Part shown: one piece after another, positions 59,681 to 64,000 of the stretch
How the letters are laid out: each line of letters begins with the position of its first letter
Position numbering within the stretch: position 1 is the stretch's first letter
NCBI RefSeq assembly: GCF_009914755.1
Contig: NC_060937.1
From: the human T2T-CHM13v2.0 reference genome, Homo sapiens
Reading direction: 5' to 3' (one strand)
DNA: 64,000 nt
Notes under the pieces: model-generated
Told to the model about the DNA's origin: nothing
The model's input: only the letters and a program-made list of their open reading frames with translations
Database searches by the model: none
Translations under genes and position numbers: made by a program

Positions 59681-60649
59681 CATACTATTTTTTCTAGCAA
59701 AGTTATTAAAGAAAATGGGGGAAGAGGCAGCTGAGGATTGACCTGGGTACGCCTCAGCGAGCCTGAGTGGGCGGGAGGCACACGCGTTCTGGGGAGGAAG
59801 GTGTGTGTCTGCATAGAAACCAAGCCAAAGTGCCCGTTTGGCAGAAGGTCTCAAAATTATTTTCTTCGGCCTTTGTTTAATAGCTGAGAGTGAATTAAAT
59901 TTTTGGAAAGCCCCTGTGAGGAATGGCGGCAGGAACCTTCAGAGCTTCTAATGGCTCCATTATCTGAGGGAATGCCTTTCTTTCTTTCAGCTATTTGGGC
60001 TGGATTTAAGAGCACTAAACATTTCCTTATTCTTTGTTTTCCCCCTTTCCTGCCCCCTTTCCTCTCCCTCCCTCTGAAAAGCTGAGGTACAGTTATTTTT
60101 AATTACACATTTAAAACTGTGCAGAGTACTTTCTTTTTGAACTTGGCCTAATGATTATAGTTTTAAGGGCCCGTTTGTACCAAAAGTTGCTTGAAATTTT
60201 AAGCAGAGAAACCTTGCTGAAGCAAAGCAGCTGTGTCCCAACAAGCAGGATGGTCAAGGGAAGGTGATAAATAGGCTATATTTTGATCTTCTTGGGGGAG
60301 GAGATTAGATAGGAAAGCAACAAACCGTTGGCCCCAAAGGAAAGAGAATCTCTTGAAGAATTCAGTAAAAATAGAATAAAATATCGAGACTAAAATTGCC
60401 AGGTGGAAGTGAGAGAGCCAGAGCCCCAGCCACCAGCTTTTCTCCCACGTTTACAGCCTTCCTACCTTCCCCGCAGGAGCTGATCGGAGTTTTCAAACAA
60501 GATACTCTAAGGAAGAAGGCAAAAATAATTGTAATAACGAAAGGGTAGGGATGGGGAAGATTATTTTTAAATTTCTGAGCCATCAAAATATCTCCCTCTC
60601 CCAGTAGCTCCAAGAGGCCTTGGGCAGTGCTGGACCTCCCCCCTCCAGC

Positions 60650-63600
60650 TCTCCCAGCTGGAAAAAGACTTGGGTGGTGGCAGCGACACCTCCAGAGGAT
60701 CGCGCAGCACCGCCGTGGAGACGCAGAGCGCGGGTGGCGCGATGGCTGCGGCTTCCCTGCTCTCCTTTCCCTCCAGCCCTGGAATGAGCCTCTGGACCAG
60801 GCTGGCCAGGCCTGAGGGGTGCTTGGGGAGAGAGGGGCAGCCCTGACCTCCCGGAGGTCACAATACCTGTTCAGTGGGGAGGAAAGGCGTCCAGCCTTGG
60901 GTGGGGGAGTGACCAGAGGGTGACAGAGGCCAGGCTCGCCTTCCCCAGCGGCTCTGCGAACTGCCCAAGCGCCAACTCCTGAAGCAATCAGAGCCCCATT
61001 AAAATCAAATTTATAACCCCTAATAATATTAGGCGAAATTATTAAAATAATTGGCATATGTTACTGATCCTTGGGAGAGTTCATTGAACACATTATAAGC
61101 TGTGAGGAAAATCGTTTAGAGTTTTCCAAAGCACCCCCACCCCCATGGGGGGACGAAGGAGTCAAATGAAATATTTGTCATAACTTGTGCAAGAACAAAA
61201 AGGCCTATTGGAAATGTTTCAACTTTTTTAAAAATTTATTTATTTTTTATTTTTTGGTGGAAATTGGTTTTGAGAGAAGCCCCAAATCTAAGGAGAAGGA
61301 CAAGATGGGGGTGGGGAAGGCAATTTTACCATGGGGTTTGGGGCTTTTCTTCCCATCTGGGGAAGAACAAAAAGGGCCAGAAGAGGTGGCCGATCTCACA
61401 GCCTTGAGTTGGTTCGATTGCTTTCCCCATCTGAAAGTCAGAGAGCCACCCGAGGCCCCTTCAGGTGCGGGGGCGCTGATCCTAGTTTTCAGCAGGAGAA
61501 TAAAATATGAACGAGGAAGATCACAGCCTGGGAGTGGTCTCCGAGTCCACCCTAGGATGTGTGGAGCGGGCGGGAGCCGCTTTTCCTCGAAAGGGCTCCC
61601 AGTCCCTGGTCCCTCGCTTCCCAAGGCTTTGTCCAAACAAGTCACGGACCCGACAAGGTGGTCCATTCTCTCTCTTTGGCCTTTCTTTTCTGCCCTTCGA
61701 ATCCGAAGGACTGGATGGAGGGGAGGGGATATGGCAATAGTGTAGAAGTGTCAAGATGTGAAAATTGCTCAACTGAGAACGCACGCGGGGGCTCGCGGCC
61801 CAACAGCCTGCACCACACTCAGGAGCCTGGGCCTGGGCCTGGGGGTGGGGTGGGGGGGACAGGCGTCCCCCCCACCCCAACCCCACCCCTATCCCTGCCC
61901 GGCTGTCTAAACGGACCTAAATGCTAACCTGCTGTTGCCTTGACTCCAGAGACACGAAACTGAAGCTAGCCCTCGCCCCTCTCTGGGATCCCGCGCTGCG
62001 CTGCGGGTAGCTGCCCGCAGGGAGGCCCAACCTGCCGCGGCTGGAGCACGGTTTCTGCTAGCCGCCGCCGTCAACTTGAACTTCAGTGAGCCTAGGCCGG
62101 CTTCCTTCGCGCTCACCTCCATCCACCACCTAAGAAGTCCCCTCAGCGCGAGCGTCGCTTTATCCGGAGGCAGCTGGAGCCCCCTCGGGAGGCCCGTCAT
62201 TATTATTATTAATTATCGTGATCCTTACTGCATTATTAATGCCCAGGATGATAACCGGCATCGGTATCAGCTTTCCCTGGTTCAGTGATATCCCACGAAG
62301 TTCGGGGCGGGGAGGAAGTCACTCCAGGATCAGAGGCCGCGTCGGTTCTGCTTGGGGCATGGGCAGAGGGAGGCTGCTGGGGCCAAGCCCCGGCTGGACG
62401 CGAGGGAAGAAACTCGTCCCAGGACCCGCACGCCCATACCTGGCTGTCCCAGAGCTCTTCCCTAGGCCGGCACCTTCGCTCTTCCTCTTCCCCACCCCCT
62501 AGCCCTTTTGTCTCTTTTTCAGACGGATGTTTTCAGTCTCAAGTGGTTTTATTTTCCGCACAAAACCCTGAGATCAAGGGCAGATCACAGACTGTACCGG
62601 AGGCTCGGGTTTCCCTGGACTCTGTGCTGTTCTGCGTCCCAGGGTTGGCTAGGAAGGAAGGCCTGGGCCGGCGAGGTGACGGGTCTCCCGCCCAGGTCGG
62701 CAGGACGGGGGGAGGTGTGTCCCGGTAGGTCCCTGGTGAGCTCACCCGTGGCATCGGGGACCCGCGGGAACCCACCGGGCGCCCACTAGAGACTCGGGTC
62801 CTACCCTCCCCCACACTACTCCACCGAAATGATCGGAAGGGCGCGCTAGGCCTGCTTCCAAGGGCTCAGTGATAAAGGCCTCAAAATCACACTCCATCAA
62901 GACTTGGTTGAAGCTTTGGGTAGGTTTGTTGTTGTTGTTGTTGTTGTTTGTTTGTTTGTTTTAGCAGACACGTCCTGGAAAGAGGTCCTCAGAACCCAAA
63001 GGTTCAATAATGATTTGTGGATGGATTGATTATAGTCTGATATCGCTCTGGTTCCACAGAAACCCGGAGCTCCTTGGCCCACTGTTACCCCAGCAGACCT
63101 AAATGGACGGTTTCTGTTTTTCACTGGCAGCTCAGAACTGGACCGGAAGAAGTTCCCCTCCACTTCCCCCCTCCCGACACCAGATCATTGCTGGGTTTTT
63201 ATTTTCGGGGGAAAAAAAACAACAACAACAACAACAAAAACACTAGGTCCTTCCAGACTGGATCAGGTGATCGGGCAAAAACCCTCAGGCTAGTCCGGCT
63301 GGGTGCCCGAGCATGAAAAGGCCTCCGTGGCCGTTTGAACAGGGTGTTGCAAATGAGAACTTTTGTAAGCCATAACCAGGGCATCCTGAGGGTCTGAGTT
63401 CACGGTCAAGGCTGTGGGCTACTAGGTCCAGCGAGTCCAGGCCTCGCCCCGCCCCCGAGCTGCCACAGCCAAGATCTTCGGCAGGGAATTCGAGACCAGG
63501 GTCCTCCCACTCCTGCCCCGCCCCGACAGTCCGAGAACTCTCGGTGCTGGGGCCACCTCGTCGCCCTCCCACGTTTCTCTTTTGTTCCCAGGAGCCGACG

Positions 63601-64000
63601 AGCTTTTGAAGAGGTGACACCTCGCTTCGCCTTCTCCTGCTCTAGGCCCTGCCCTCGTCCAGCATCCCTCCTGCCCCACGAAGCGAGAGGATGCTCAGCG
63701 CAGCTGCCAGGCAGAGAGTGTGTGGGGAGGTCCCTTGCCTTTGCGCGCGCGCACACACACAGACACGCACACACACAGACACACATACACACAACACACT
63801 CACACCATATGCTCACACACCCTCACCTCCTTCAGCTTCCGCACCTCCCAGCCACAGGCTCGCGTGAGTGGGAAGGACCTGAGGCCGCAGAAATGTGGGT
63901 TAGCGTGGGCAGCAGGAGATGCTCCCCGCACCCCTCCTCCCATTCCTACCTCCCCCAGCCCTTTCTAGCGCCTCTTGGAGGGGACCGGGCCTGCCCTGCG
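60650..64000. promoter_or_regulatory. CpG-rich region downstream of ZIC2
   Basis: CpG-dense blocks, no repeats, no convincing CDS. Confidence 0.7.
62925..62961. repeat. (GTT)n/(GTTT)n repeat
   Basis: Direct reading; a complementary (AAC)n run lies at ~63217-63237. Confidence 0.85.

Noticed and set aside
60362-61057. 231-aa ATG-initiated minus-strand ORF downstream of ZIC2
   Set aside because: No recognisable homology, mixed composition and no supporting gene structure; cannot be supported without expression data.

Overview
Human (primate) genomic DNA, recognisable from the encoded proteins as the ZIC5/ZIC2 locus on 13q32. ZIC5 is on the minus strand (2 coding exons, 44586->38291, 663 aa from the first ATG). 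ZIC2 is on the plus strand (3 coding exons, 54975->58592, 532 aa). The two are head-to-head about 10 kb apart inside a chain of CpG islands. Bases 1 to ~27.9 kb are gene-free and packed with about 30 Alu elements/fragments, old L1/L2/MIR pieces, MER20/MER3 DNA transposons, a MaLR solo LTR and a 7SL retro-pseudogene. From ~27.9 kb to the end the sequence is almost transposon-free, with several candidate enhancers. No prokaryote-style novel system is present. The most interesting unexplained signals are: a stop-free in-frame ZIC2 intron 2 that would split zinc finger 5; a uORF/weak-ATG ladder at the ZIC5 start; a hydrophobic tail encoded by ZIC5 intron read-through; ~90% nucleotide identity between the inverted ZIC2/ZIC5 finger exons; a CCAATx3+TATA intergenic promoter candidate; PBX-HOX/MEIS motif clusters; and a near-perfect G4/hairpin inverted repeat. 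Repeat boundaries and subfamily calls are by eye and approximate.
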